Shown here: piece by piece, positions 8,601-18,858 of the stretch | How positions within the stretch are numbered: position 1 is the first letter of the stretch | Layout of the letters: each line of letters begins with the position of its first letter | DNA from: a virus | Taxonomy: Duplodnaviria; Caudoviricetes | Virus record (IMG/VR): IMGVR_UViG_3300028591_000169 | Span: 1 to 64,000 of that record | Reading direction: 5' to 3' (one strand) | Length of the DNA: 64,000 bases | The notes under the pieces: generated by a model | Seen by the model: the letters and a program-made list of their open reading frames with translations, nothing else | Database searches by the model: none | Told to the model about the DNA's origin: nothing | Made by a program: the position numbers and the translations under genes

Positions 8601-9479
8601 ATCGTCGAGAACATAATCCGCAATAAGCTTACCAATTGCAGCTTCAATGACAGACGCTTCGTCATCACGAAAATCATCAGGCAGGCTCATGTATCCCTCT
8701 TCGCCAAGGATGCTTTCCGCCATACCTCTTTTAGACAAGGCGCTGCGAAGCCGATTCATCAGTGGCGTATCAAGTATAGTGGCAAACGTTATGATGGACA
8801 TTTCTTCCGGCATATAGACAAGGCCAGTCCTTCCATTAGCCTTACGTACCAATGCTTGAAGATTCTCTGCGATATAGACAGCTGCATCATATTCGTCAAT
8901 TCCGTTCTCCGCCATCTTATCCATTATGATATCGATGACATCTTCTTTGATGCCGATGCGCTTCATGGCATTATCAAGACGAGAGACAAGAATCTGTTTC
9001 CTGGAAATGCGCGAAGCTTTCTCCCGGTTCTCCGGGTTATTTTCAACGAGTTTAACCTGAACGATATCATTACCTTCATTATCCTCATATAATTCGGTCA
9101 ACGCAACAAACTCGTCGTGAAGAGAGGAATTATATTTCATGGCGCGTTTCTCAGCATCAAGAACATTTTCTCTCGTAGCGGGAACCGGTTGATATGCATC
9201 AATTTCTTTAGAAGCAAAAGAGCGACGAACTCTTACGCCAAGAAGCGGAGCAAGTTCTGGAATAGACTTCAATGAACGAAACGTATATTCGCCGTTCTCG
9301 TCACGAGAAAGCTCTTCTTCATGCTCATCAATAAAGTCTGCGCTTCTTACGCGAAGATAGATTTCGCGAGCATTCTTATAACCGACAGCCTTTTTGAGGT
9401 CAGCGAACAACTGACTATTCACGAGTTCGCCGGTCTTCCTCGATCTTACTTGCGGATAGATTGTACAGTAGGCACCCAT
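5610..9479 (-). CDS. Large virion cargo (ejected) protein of the crAss RNAP cluster (1289 aa)
   Basis: Directly downstream of the virion RNAP; crAss-like N-terminus (CTIYPQVRS...SQLFADL); largely helical. Confidence 0.75.
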   Translation of the reverse strand: MGAYCTIYPQVRSRKTGELVNSQLFADLKKAVGYKNAREIYLRVRSADFIDEHEEELSRDENGEYTFRSLKSIPELAPLLGVRVRRSFASKEIDAYQPVPATRENVLDAEKRAMKYNSSLHDEFVALTELYEDNEGNDIVQVKLVENNPENREKASRISRKQILVSRLDNAMKRIGIKEDVIDIIMDKMAENGIDEYDAAVYIAENLQALVRKANGRTGLVYMPEEMSIITFATILDTPLMNRLRSALSKRGMAESILGEEGYMSLPDDFRDDEASVIEAAIGKLIADYVLDDSGSSPEIASISGLVSRIRDQFNEIISKIGEDEISSYIRDAKRSPITSQLEDEMTGETTIEFNQETDTPEFNNLRGRIAKQQDLLHDIIETNVRRFKILSARDTDYDKTFDKSLTSSLYARFQDEEYELGIYDFVDATLTQLEKAESVIMELRDNGNLPLEQRAKSLKNIKDFIESYRISIDAIARAEFAGVIKPNQERKDILNQATYMIGSLTAAYEQLKNPILVSFVKRFVGEGLEIPFGTWNGKKKGDIITAEELLEQAEKDITVFDRWLDSMAESGDMMLRMLDATAKKARSAARLETIEYKKRLDAAYLKLKRSGITDTSFMFARDPNGHKTGKYISTDQAERLDIARKNYYKEVMSIKRELDAKLPKGSTTELNIVRVRKDFIERLKGQDSINGVIRETKEALRDKVKRRSDNPETDGRGEIEGQDEGVKKTVLMDFTGKQVEILPIMFVNSKDGESLDDISEDVTSSMLMYANMSCNFSAMNNVVGLLELVREKINERPVLQRAGTKPLVNVLQAFGITVETDLTKSGEATNIVRRMNDWFSSQVYSRYMKDEGEILGMDVGMLANLSNEVTALNQFALNILSGISNVMTASAMNRIESIAGQFFSVKNLAKADSIFWSALPDFLGDVGQPVKHSKLALFMEKFNTMQDFESDVRSQEYAKSRFARLLNSNSLYVINNAGELWIQNRAVLALSEAYGLRDKDNNPISLWDSQEVVTDKNGVSRLVTKPGIKKADGTAFDDNVDVMKFTNKAKSINQRMNGIYNYEDRCAAQAYAWGRIGLMFRKWIKPSLNRRYSSLNYNFDVEEWEEGFYTTAGRFFSQLVKDLRRGQFDIVTSYKNLDPREQANLMRFAVEVGQFVSVCAAFAILKDVKKKADDDDDNLAKSWWFNQLLYQTRRLESEIGSQMIINPQMIQEAFNILKSPAACVNTWEGVTNMAQLMIPSNYTKILQTGRYKGHSKAYKLFWDSPLIPMHRTIYRGLHPQNSLQFYDL

Positions 9480-9482
9480 AGA

Positions 9483-12400
9483 TTATTTACAGATAGGTTG
9501 GTTATTATCATCAAGCCAAGTGATAAGGCCATTCATATTATATGGCACTTTGCTGGTAATGTTAACTTCCAGATTAAGACCACTTGCAACGGCGAGGGCT
9601 TGCTTCCCGTTTGGAGTTTTCGCCTTAAGCAAATCGTGATGTTGACTTTCGCCCTTCAGGGTAAACGAAAGATTTTCGGTAATCCTTACGCCGTCCTTCG
9701 TATATAGTTTCGCCTTTGGCCACGCATCGACGCTGGGGCTATTGGCATCGAACGGTATAACAACGAAGAATCTTTCTTCAGTAACCTTGTCTCCGTCGGA
9801 ATTATAGATATCTATTCCATACTTGGATGAAAGCACAGGAACATCAATGACATGGATATTACTTCTGACAATAGTTCCATTAACTATTTTCAGCGGACGG
9901 ATTTCATCGGGATTACCGCCAAGTATATCATTTGTATCGACAAGGAAATCACCGTCGCGTTCGCCTTCATTATCACCTTCTTCATTAACATCGGTATCGG
10001 CAATCTTTTCGACCATTTCTCGAAGATTTTCAATCTGCTTGACGAGCTCCTTATACAGTTTCGGATTATCGCTTTCAGTAATATCACCAAAAATGCCTTC
10101 GGAAGGAAGGACAACGCGCTTGTATTCGCCACTCTCGAGCGCCTTGATAATATCATTGATCTCATCGTTGATAACTTTCCTGAACTGGGCGACAGTCATA
10201 CCATTCATTCCGACGGTAGAAATAGGGAATGCATTCACGAGACCACGAATAGAATCGGGACCGGAATCAGGATATGAAAGGAAACGAAGTCCGCCATATT
10301 TCTTGGCATATTTCGTGGCGAATGCAACCCTGTTCATTCCGGATTTTCTTTCTGGATTATCAGGGAAGAGATAAATCGTCTTCTTGTCTTTCGCTGCAAT
10401 AGAGCGTGTCCAGGGATTCATTGCGGTAAGGAACGGACCATCTTCCTTGTCGTAGATGCGACCATCCTTCTTTGCCTTTGTGGAGTCAAGGTTGGAAAGG
10501 AATGCATCCTTATCGGAGACGGCCTTACCTTTATCACCCTGAACCTTATAGTCGGAAGTAGGATGAATCTCGAGCGAATAGCCAAGTTTAATTGCGGCTC
10601 TTGCGGATGCAAGCGCAACGCCGGGCTGAGCCGTCGATACGACTTTCGAAACAAAGATACCTCTGTCTTTCAGGGCTTTATATACACGAAGCACATAACC
10701 ATCAAGGTCATCCTGTGTCGTATACTTGGACAGTGTATTCATTCTGGAACCAGTAAGGTTCAGAACAATTGACTTATTGGTGCGACGGCTAAGCTTCCTT
10801 GCAATTTCGTTTGCAATATCATAAGCGTTGGTAGGATCATAACGAACGGAAGCCAACCTTGTCTCGGGGGCAACCTGTTTCACCATTTTACCAAGTTGGC
10901 CAGACTCATTATCCGTTATACAGATCGTGTAAGTTCCAAACTCCTGAGCGCATGCAGCTTCTTCAGCCGCAATGGTTCCATTTTGGGATACAGAGTCTAA
11001 AATCTTGAATTTGTCTTTGGACTTATTTCCACCTTTCTTCTCCTTCTCTACCTGCTGCTTAGACTTGGCAGTTTCCTTCGACTTCCCAGAAGACTTGTTT
11101 GATTTAAGCCAAGAAGCTCGGGCATCCTTAAACTTCTTGCTCTTGGCAATGGACGGATATTCGCTTAATGCTTCCTTGTATCCTGCGTCAGTAAAGAAAT
11201 ACGTCTTGAAACCCTTGTAAGTCTCGGTATCATCAGGTGCTTCGTTTGGCTCTTCGGAAGAATTACCGGAAGTTGAAGACTTCCTGCGAGCCTCATCATA
11301 ATTCTTTTTCTCCTGATTTGATTTCTTCTTTCCCTTCTTGCCGCGAATGGCGGCTGCCACCATATCCTGGTCAAAAGCGCTAAGCATAGACAGCCCGCTT
11401 TCTTTTGCGGAGTATTCAACAGACTTATCTTTCCAACCAAGCGGAGTGGTCCTTGCGTAAGTAGACACGCCGTTGACATCATCTTCGGCTACCTTTATAT
11501 AATAGTAATATTCAATACCATCCTTGGTTTTGTTCGTAATCAAGAAAGCGTTTCTCGGAGCATCGGATTCGGGATCAGGGAAATACCACTGCATGGCATC
11601 CTGATGGGCTTCATCCATTTTGCTATAATGCTTTATCTTCAGGCTGTCGGCTGCGACACCATTAACAATCCAGTTGTCGGGCCTGCGATTAGCAGGCGGA
11701 ACGGTCTCGCAAAAATGATAGTCATAAAGATTATTGCGAACGAATTGCTGCTCAAATCTTGAGCTATCGATAACCCTCGGATTCGCTTGCATATCGTCCA
11801 GCATCTCGGCATAACCAGAGAAAAGAAGACGCGCTTCAGCGGGGGCGAGATGGGCAAACGTTCCATTTCCGAATCTGAACCCATTACGGAAATAGCAATA
11901 CTTAAACAGGTCGAGGGCCAGTTCGCGAAGCTCCATGTTAGGATTTCCATTCTCGTCTTTCGCATAGAACAACTGCTGCCACACAGCAGATATTTCGTCT
12001 CGAACTTCGGGAAGCATTGTCCCATCATAATCAAGCGAGATAAACGGGTCCTCATCCGACTCAAGCGCAGAGTAAAGCCTCAACCTGCGGAACAGAAGAG
12101 AATTGGAAATACTCTCGTAATTTGATACAATCTCCGCCGCTTCTTCCGGGAAGATATTCAGATAGTAATTACGGGATTCCTCAAAGGACATTCCGTCCTT
12201 GCACATACAGTCATAAGAAGACTCGATATAATTATACAGCGCGAACAGGACATTCTTAACGTTCGTGACGGTTGCCCTGCCACCATAGTATTTCTTGATA
12301 ATATCCTTGAGTTGCTTTCTGAAATTCGGATCGCCAATTCCCGGATAATACTGTTCAAGTTCACGGAATGCGCCGACAACGCCATAAGTTATATACGCCT

Positions 12401-15400
12401 GGGCGAGAGGGTTCTTCGCGCCAAGGACCTCATCCAGCGAAGCGTCTTGTTCATAGCTATACTGAACGACCTGTCTCCAGTTTTCGAAAGTAGGATCGTT
12501 GTTTTCCGACTCCTCGAATAACTCGTAGTTAAGAAGACGGACAAGATTATTTTCGATTGGTCCATGTGGTCTCGTTCCGCCAGAATCGCCACGGGCAAGC
12601 GAGGAAAGCATACGAAGCTTTTCACCAATTTCTTCGAGATAAAGGAAAACGCCAAGAGCGGTCTGGCAATATTCCTGAAGTTCAGGAGTCATGTCGTTGA
12701 ACTTATCACCAGCCATTATCGCGGCCTTCATTTGCTCAAGACCACCAGGAAGTTCCTGAAGAAGTTCAATCTGCTCTCTCTTTTCGTAATAATCACCGAA
12801 ATCACCGGTATCAGTATAGTGACGAATGGAAGGAATGTTCAGGAATAGCGCGACTTCTTCCATCGTATAGCCAAGCTGAAGCATCAGCGAGACAACAGGG
12901 GCAGTGCGGAGATTGATATTCATCACCGCAAGCATAGGATCTTTCGAGTTATCAGCGGCAGCACCAACGGATGTACCTATATAACGCGAAATATATTGCA
13001 GCGCACTCTTGGGGTTCTTGGCGATATCAGCATTCGCAGCAGCCAATTCAGAAAGTTCAACCGTAACATCGTGAAGGCTTTCCAGCTGGCGCCCATTTAT
13101 AATCGCCCCAGTCCCGGGAACTAATCCAACATCCGTATGCTGAAGTATTGCCTGCATTGCCTCTGCGTTCGCAAAGACGGAAATCATCTGTTTACCATCA
13201 TTGTTCCTGGTTTCCTGGGCAATTCGTGATGCGATATCGGCGGGGCCATCATAATCTGCATATCTTCCCTTCGGAGTCAATTTCTCAATCTCGTTCTTGA
13301 TTTTCTTGAACGGGCCCGTATCACCAGCGGCAAGAGACATGGTAGAAACAGCTCTACCGGTAAGCATGCCGAACATTACATTAATGAGCGCATTGTCAAT
13401 AGCACCATTGGATTGCTTTCGGATATCCTTACTGGGGTCAAACTCGACATATTTAAGCAAGGCGCCACCGGGTCGGAGATATCTGTGCTTATTTATCTCT
13501 TTGTATTCATAAAACGGCATCGGCTTTCCTTCCGGAGCATTGCTCCTGCGATATTTATTTTCGAAATACGGCTTATCCCTCTCCTCGTGATAGAATTTCT
13601 TGAAGTCATAATCCGCAAGCTCAGTACCAGCGGCTTCGGCTTCCTTCATGAAATTCTTGAACGCCCCGTGTATGGCTGCGAAGTCATACCATTTATCGCA
13701 GTATTCCTTATAATCCTGATAAGCTTTATCCTCCCAGTTGTCAATCATTTCCTGGACCTCAAATGTCGGGAAGATAGTCGGGACCTTATCATTATCAAAG
13801 TCAGAGTCCTGCAAGAGAACGCTATCGATAGCAGTCACGATCGTGTCGCCAAGAATAGGAGGAAGGAATCCAACGACCTTTAGCGGAAGAACGAAGTTTT
13901 TAAACTGCGTGGGAATACGGACGCCTATTGCATACATAAGACGCGGAGACTCCTTGGAAACTTTTTCAAAATCAAGGATGCCGTTTTCGTCAGTACACTT
14001 GTCAATGATGGGTTTTGACCATGCAGGAAGGAGGCAGTCGATAGATTTATATCTGATTGGCCTACCATTCTCGTCACGTTCAAATTCAATCTTCAGGTCA
14101 TTTGCGACACCAAAAGCAGACATTGATACAAGCGACTTGCCCGGAGCAGTTACCCTTGATACGGCATTTTTCACGATACTGTTCAAGAACTCGGAAGACA
14201 TGTTCAGCGTGGCAAGGTCGCACAGGGGAATGACGAAGTTTCCATATTCATCAAGAGAAAATGCACGTTCAAGATATACGGAATTACGGGACGAATTGCG
14301 ACATGCTTGCTGAAGTTTCTCAGAAAGCTTTTTCTTGTCGGCGAACGTTCCGGTAACATCCTCGTATTCACGAAGGATTTTCTCTGTCATCAATCGATTA
14401 TACAATGCGATGATTTCATAACGAGTTAAATCTCCGATTCCATAAACAGGATACAGGGCTTTTTCATAAGTCATATTTCCGTCTGCATCACGAACCGGGA
14501 ATGTGTCCAGAAGGTCTGCCGCGATAAGCTTCTGCAACTGGACACCGATTGGAATTTTGTCATCAAAACCGGTATCGGGATTCTGAGCGACGATGCCCCA
14601 GAGACTGAGAGGTATCTGATGGACAAGGCTCATGCCGCCGGTAGCCTCACGATACCGTTCCATCTCTTCCCGAATCCTATCTATAATCTCTTCTTTGGAA
14701 GCCGACTCAACATCAATGTCGCCGAAGTTCACGGCGCCATTCTGACCAGCCTTGACTCCGGAAGTGAAGATAATCGCATCAACGCGCTCTTCGTCCATAA
14801 ATTCAGAAAAAGCGATAAGCGCATTTGACTTTCCAAGTCTCGTCGCTGAAGCCTGAACAAGAGCCGCCGTCATTATCTGCTCGGATAATTTATGTTGGAC
14901 AGGCATCAAACGCACTTCGTCACTACCTTCATCAATGGGGATAAGACCACTAAGGAAAGGTTTCAGAGCGGTACGCACAATGTAGCTGTCTCCGGGTTGC
15001 TGCTTTCCGGAGGCAATCCGATCAAGTGCACGATCGAGATCATCGCCTTTCTTCATCTCGCCCATGGCATACATGATTGCCTTCATCGAGTCAAAAGAAC
15101 GAATCGCCTGACCATCGGTATATTTTATCTTCTTAGGGACGAGCGCTCCGGTTTCCTTGTCTTTATCGTAAAGGAACGAGTCATGTGTCTCTTGGTCTAT
15201 GATTCCATTTTCAAGCGCATCGTCATAAAGCATCTTCAGGTCATCCCAAGAAGGCGAGGGAATCTGCGGATCATCAATGTATATGACGTGCTCAACGATA
15301 TCATCCTCTTCGAGCTCTTTGTCTTCTGCAATACCATGGCGCTCGCGATACCAGTTGAGAAAATCCTCGTTATAGATATCGAGATGGTCAAGCGGAACAA

Positions 15401-18400
15401 TGGACTGTTTACTCCGCTTCTGTTCATTATCTGAACCCTTATTATAGGCGGAATAATATGCGGCATCACCATTAAGGATTTCGTTGATGCCCATTTGAAA
15501 AACGCTCTGGTCAACGATAAACCCATTAATCCTGGCCTCGCCTACCTCGTTTTTCCGCATCTCGTAAAAAGCCGGATTCTCTTCCTTGAACTTCTCGACC
15601 ATGGATTTCTTGACAACAGCAACAAGATGGTCAAGCATATCATCAAGGTCCGCAAACTGACTCGTCACTTCTCCAGTAACGTACATTTCCAGAAGCTTCT
15701 GAACGGAATAATCGTCAAGATGCGAAGGGTCAAGATGGGAAACAATATCGGAATCGTTTAGAATAGGAAACGTACAGAACCTATTCTTGTTGTCCCGGAA
15801 TGTTTTAGGAAGATGCGCATCGGAAGAATTGTCCGTCATGCGCTCGAGCTCCTTCAGTATCTGTTCCCTTATTGCGTCATCTCTGATATCGTCACCAACG
15901 TCGGTGAAACGTATATATGCCATTCTTCCGGAATCGGATGGAAGCGGTATCGGATACCATGTGCCCTGGGCATTAAGATATTCAACCTTGTCGGGGTCCT
16001 GATGATACATGGACCAGAGCATATTCAGACGGTCTGTCTGTGTAAGGTCCTTCTGTTCCGTCTTGTCGCGCTTACCCGTATCCACGTTCAGGATAGTGAC
16101 ATAGCTTATACCACTTCCGGTTATTCCGGACTCTCCATACGCAAGCGCCTCGAGAACATGATTCCTATAATGGATTTTACCATCTTCTGTTTTGTAGGAG
16201 TATCTCGGGTCCTTACCAAACTTCTTTTCGATATACTCGCGTGTGGTAAGATTGACGCGTTTACCGGCTTTCTTGGATTTCGATACGGAAAATTTCTTTC
16301 CCTGAAGCCCGACGATCAGATCGTCAAGAACGGACGGAAGGACATAGGAATAACGGACCTTTCCGTTTTCCCGCTTACTTGCTTCAACTGCGCCCCTGTC
16401 GGCAAGCGTAAGAACCTTGGCAATCTTCGTATAGCTCGACATTGCCCGGTTATCGGAAGACAGATGTTCGTATTCATTAAGAAGGTCGCCGGTTGTCTCG
16501 TAACCATTACCCTTCATAAGTTCAAGGGCATGATGGGCTTCAGCCCAAAGGACGCCGAGGTTATTGTTCTGCCTAATGACACCACGCCGAACGTCGCGGG
16601 CTGCAATTACGCGTATATCAGAAGGAGTAATGACAAACCCCATAGCCGTAAGAACGGCATGCAGGTCATTAATCAAATCAGGGTTTTCCTTCAGCAGTTC
16701 CCGGACTTCGGAAGGACCAGCTGTAAACAGTTTCGAAACGGGATTATTATACCTGTCGAATTCCACATATTTCTCAAGGACAGAGATGGCTTTGTCGATG
16801 TTTCTCTCGTCAAGCTCTCTGTCGTTATATATGGACATACCCCTGTTTGATGGAATACCGGAAGCAATCTGCCTCTTTGCAGAAGTCATTATACTGTCAA
16901 CCGTATTCCCGGAATTGATGATATTCAGGCGGTTCTTCGAAAAGTCCCTCGGATTATCCTCATCCTTTTTCAGGATGCCAAGTTGCTGCGTATACCTACG
17001 GATAGAACGGAATAGCTGGGACTTCAGTTTACTGTCCTGGGAAATTTGCTGGCGAATATAGGATATCCACGGATAATCCTTCTCCATGTATTCCAGCATC
17101 AGGTCCATCTCCCTGCTGGTAGTTACGCCCTGCATCTCCTGGATAAGGGTGTTTATGACCTGCATTACAGGAACGGTATATTCAGTTCCGAATCTCGTCC
17201 TGCGTTTTCCAAGCGGACACCTGTAGAGCATATGGCGGACCTGCGCAGACATTTTATCCCAGTTACTTGTTGTATCATACTCGTACATCCAGGTTTCCTT
17301 GTACTGGTTTTCAATGCCACTGACGTCTCCTTCCTCTTCGCCTTCACTGTTCTCCTCGTCATTCTTGCGGTCGTTCTTCCTGTCAACAGTAAGGTCGAGA
17401 TGGATATCTATATGAACATGTTCAGATGTCTCAAGTTCGCGACACGCCTCCTCTCGAAGAACCGGGAAATTATCGACAACCTTCTTTACCTGGTCTCGAT
17501 ACCATGCAAGATTCTTCTTGATGAAATTTTTCGAGGTGTCGGGGAAGGCAGCGCGTAATGCATCAATGAACCCGGCGTCGCTCGTATCGGCAAGAGATGC
17601 AAGGTCTGCAAACTTCTGCTGTATTTCTTCGAAGATAGCCTGCGGGCCTATCTCCCTTAACGCGGACATCCTGTCGTAGGAATCGAGCTTTTCCTGGATC
17701 TCGCCGAGTTCACGCTCATAAGATGCAAGCGCCGTCTCCCAAGAAACACTCGGAGTCGTGCTGACATCCATGCCAAACTGGAGGCCAAGTTTGTTTACGA
17801 GACCAACAATCTCTTTCAGGACAGCGCTGCTTGGATTATATGCCCTGGCAAATGCCGCCCTGTTATACTGGACAACATCAGCGACTGTATTGATTTTATT
17901 ATCCGTAATGAACTTCGTTGCCCTCACGGAAAGTTCAAGGTCGGACAATTCTGTATTCAGAAGACGCTGCTTTGCATCCTGCGTTTCGACAACACCGGCA
18001 GATTCAAGATATTTACTCTTATCCTTCTCCTCGATAGCTTTGTTTAATTCAGCCCTTCGCTCTGCAAGTTCATTCAGCTTACCCTCGTGTTCTTTGGAAA
18101 GAATTCTATCGAACCAGTCAACGATTTCAGAAATACGCTCCATCCGCTCGGTAGAACTGAATTCCTCCGCCGCTTTTTTACGATAAACCTCGGTTATGCC
18201 ATCATCAGAGATACCGTAATTATCACGCAACACACGTTTTGCCTGCTGCAACTCGTAGTTCATGATGTCCACGTTCTTGTTCCCAGAACGCCTGTTTTTC
18301 TTTTCGTAATCCATAATTGCCTGGAGACGCTCTCTGGCAGATAATCCAAATGCATCTTCAGCAACGGCATCACTTGCATAAACCAAGTCTACGGCAAGCG

Positions 18401-18779
18401 CCTTGAATAGTCTGAAGTCTTCAGCGGTAGCCCCACTTGTAGTCAAGTCGATTGTGTGACTTCTGCGATTAATTGCAATGTTAATTCCGAGACGGTTGCC
18501 AAGATCGACAAGGGATTTCGGTAATTCCTTACCATCAAGTAGTTGTTCAAAATCCACCTTCGGCAAGGCGATGTGCATATTATCAGCACCACGGATTTCA
18601 GAATAAAGATTACGAAGCGTATCAATATCGGGAACGGATTCGAGATCGACATTTGGATTACCATTAGCCATCTCACGCTCCTGCCAGATACCTACCATAT
18701 TCTTGACACTGGCTAAAGTTTCGCTCTTGAGGTCGGAGTGTAACTTGATAATAGCCGGATGAACAATAAGACAAGGCAT
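9483..18779 (-). CDS. Virion-packaged DNA-dependent RNA polymerase, crAss type (3098 aa)
   Basis: GVRIPTQ...LKVVGFLP...DSDFDNDK; the catalytic DFDxD motif is at 13788-13802. Size and position are as in crAss-like phages. Confidence 0.92.
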   Translation of the reverse strand: MPCLIVHPAIIKLHSDLKSETLASVKNMVGIWQEREMANGNPNVDLESVPDIDTLRNLYSEIRGADNMHIALPKVDFEQLLDGKELPKSLVDLGNRLGINIAINRRSHTIDLTTSGATAEDFRLFKALAVDLVYASDAVAEDAFGLSARERLQAIMDYEKKNRRSGNKNVDIMNYELQQAKRVLRDNYGISDDGITEVYRKKAAEEFSSTERMERISEIVDWFDRILSKEHEGKLNELAERRAELNKAIEEKDKSKYLESAGVVETQDAKQRLLNTELSDLELSVRATKFITDNKINTVADVVQYNRAAFARAYNPSSAVLKEIVGLVNKLGLQFGMDVSTTPSVSWETALASYERELGEIQEKLDSYDRMSALREIGPQAIFEEIQQKFADLASLADTSDAGFIDALRAAFPDTSKNFIKKNLAWYRDQVKKVVDNFPVLREEACRELETSEHVHIDIHLDLTVDRKNDRKNDEENSEGEEEGDVSGIENQYKETWMYEYDTTSNWDKMSAQVRHMLYRCPLGKRRTRFGTEYTVPVMQVINTLIQEMQGVTTSREMDLMLEYMEKDYPWISYIRQQISQDSKLKSQLFRSIRRYTQQLGILKKDEDNPRDFSKNRLNIINSGNTVDSIMTSAKRQIASGIPSNRGMSIYNDRELDERNIDKAISVLEKYVEFDRYNNPVSKLFTAGPSEVRELLKENPDLINDLHAVLTAMGFVITPSDIRVIAARDVRRGVIRQNNNLGVLWAEAHHALELMKGNGYETTGDLLNEYEHLSSDNRAMSSYTKIAKVLTLADRGAVEASKRENGKVRYSYVLPSVLDDLIVGLQGKKFSVSKSKKAGKRVNLTTREYIEKKFGKDPRYSYKTEDGKIHYRNHVLEALAYGESGITGSGISYVTILNVDTGKRDKTEQKDLTQTDRLNMLWSMYHQDPDKVEYLNAQGTWYPIPLPSDSGRMAYIRFTDVGDDIRDDAIREQILKELERMTDNSSDAHLPKTFRDNKNRFCTFPILNDSDIVSHLDPSHLDDYSVQKLLEMYVTGEVTSQFADLDDMLDHLVAVVKKSMVEKFKEENPAFYEMRKNEVGEARINGFIVDQSVFQMGINEILNGDAAYYSAYNKGSDNEQKRSKQSIVPLDHLDIYNEDFLNWYRERHGIAEDKELEEDDIVEHVIYIDDPQIPSPSWDDLKMLYDDALENGIIDQETHDSFLYDKDKETGALVPKKIKYTDGQAIRSFDSMKAIMYAMGEMKKGDDLDRALDRIASGKQQPGDSYIVRTALKPFLSGLIPIDEGSDEVRLMPVQHKLSEQIMTAALVQASATRLGKSNALIAFSEFMDEERVDAIIFTSGVKAGQNGAVNFGDIDVESASKEEIIDRIREEMERYREATGGMSLVHQIPLSLWGIVAQNPDTGFDDKIPIGVQLQKLIAADLLDTFPVRDADGNMTYEKALYPVYGIGDLTRYEIIALYNRLMTEKILREYEDVTGTFADKKKLSEKLQQACRNSSRNSVYLERAFSLDEYGNFVIPLCDLATLNMSSEFLNSIVKNAVSRVTAPGKSLVSMSAFGVANDLKIEFERDENGRPIRYKSIDCLLPAWSKPIIDKCTDENGILDFEKVSKESPRLMYAIGVRIPTQFKNFVLPLKVVGFLPPILGDTIVTAIDSVLLQDSDFDNDKVPTIFPTFEVQEMIDNWEDKAYQDYKEYCDKWYDFAAIHGAFKNFMKEAEAAGTELADYDFKKFYHEERDKPYFENKYRRSNAPEGKPMPFYEYKEINKHRYLRPGGALLKYVEFDPSKDIRKQSNGAIDNALINVMFGMLTGRAVSTMSLAAGDTGPFKKIKNEIEKLTPKGRYADYDGPADIASRIAQETRNNDGKQMISVFANAEAMQAILQHTDVGLVPGTGAIINGRQLESLHDVTVELSELAAANADIAKNPKSALQYISRYIGTSVGAAADNSKDPMLAVMNINLRTAPVVSLMLQLGYTMEEVALFLNIPSIRHYTDTGDFGDYYEKREQIELLQELPGGLEQMKAAIMAGDKFNDMTPELQEYCQTALGVFLYLEEIGEKLRMLSSLARGDSGGTRPHGPIENNLVRLLNYELFEESENNDPTFENWRQVVQYSYEQDASLDEVLGAKNPLAQAYITYGVVGAFRELEQYYPGIGDPNFRKQLKDIIKKYYGGRATVTNVKNVLFALYNYIESSYDCMCKDGMSFEESRNYYLNIFPEEAAEIVSNYESISNSLLFRRLRLYSALESDEDPFISLDYDGTMLPEVRDEISAVWQQLFYAKDENGNPNMELRELALDLFKYCYFRNGFRFGNGTFAHLAPAEARLLFSGYAEMLDDMQANPRVIDSSRFEQQFVRNNLYDYHFCETVPPANRRPDNWIVNGVAADSLKIKHYSKMDEAHQDAMQWYFPDPESDAPRNAFLITNKTKDGIEYYYYIKVAEDDVNGVSTYARTTPLGWKDKSVEYSAKESGLSMLSAFDQDMVAAAIRGKKGKKKSNQEKKNYDEARRKSSTSGNSSEEPNEAPDDTETYKGFKTYFFTDAGYKEALSEYPSIAKSKKFKDARASWLKSNKSSGKSKETAKSKQQVEKEKKGGNKSKDKFKILDSVSQNGTIAAEEAACAQEFGTYTICITDNESGQLGKMVKQVAPETRLASVRYDPTNAYDIANEIARKLSRRTNKSIVLNLTGSRMNTLSKYTTQDDLDGYVLRVYKALKDRGIFVSKVVSTAQPGVALASARAAIKLGYSLEIHPTSDYKVQGDKGKAVSDKDAFLSNLDSTKAKKDGRIYDKEDGPFLTAMNPWTRSIAAKDKKTIYLFPDNPERKSGMNRVAFATKYAKKYGGLRFLSYPDSGPDSIRGLVNAFPISTVGMNGMTVAQFRKVINDEINDIIKALESGEYKRVVLPSEGIFGDITESDNPKLYKELVKQIENLREMVEKIADTDVNEEGDNEGERDGDFLVDTNDILGGNPDEIRPLKIVNGTIVRSNIHVIDVPVLSSKYGIDIYNSDGDKVTEERFFVVIPFDANSPSVDAWPKAKLYTKDGVRITENLSFTLKGESQHHDLLKAKTPNGKQALAVASGLNLEVNITSKVPYNMNGLITWLDDNNQPICK

Positions 18780-18804
18780 ACTAATTCAGTTTTTAATCTG
18801 AAGC

Positions 18805-18812
18805 GAAAGGTA
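18805..18812 (-). promoter_or_regulatory. Near-consensus host -7 box (TACCTTTC) upstream of the RNAP gene
   Basis: One mismatch to TAnnTTTG, in the 79-nt intergenic gap. Confidence 0.35.
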
Positions 18813-18858
18813 CATATTTAAGACAATCGGTTTACAACTGCAATTGATTTATTTGCCG

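Noticed and set aside
8790-8815. Metallopeptidase motif in the 1289-aa cargo protein
   Set aside because: The local sequence (PEEMSII) has no histidines, so no HExxH can be supported.
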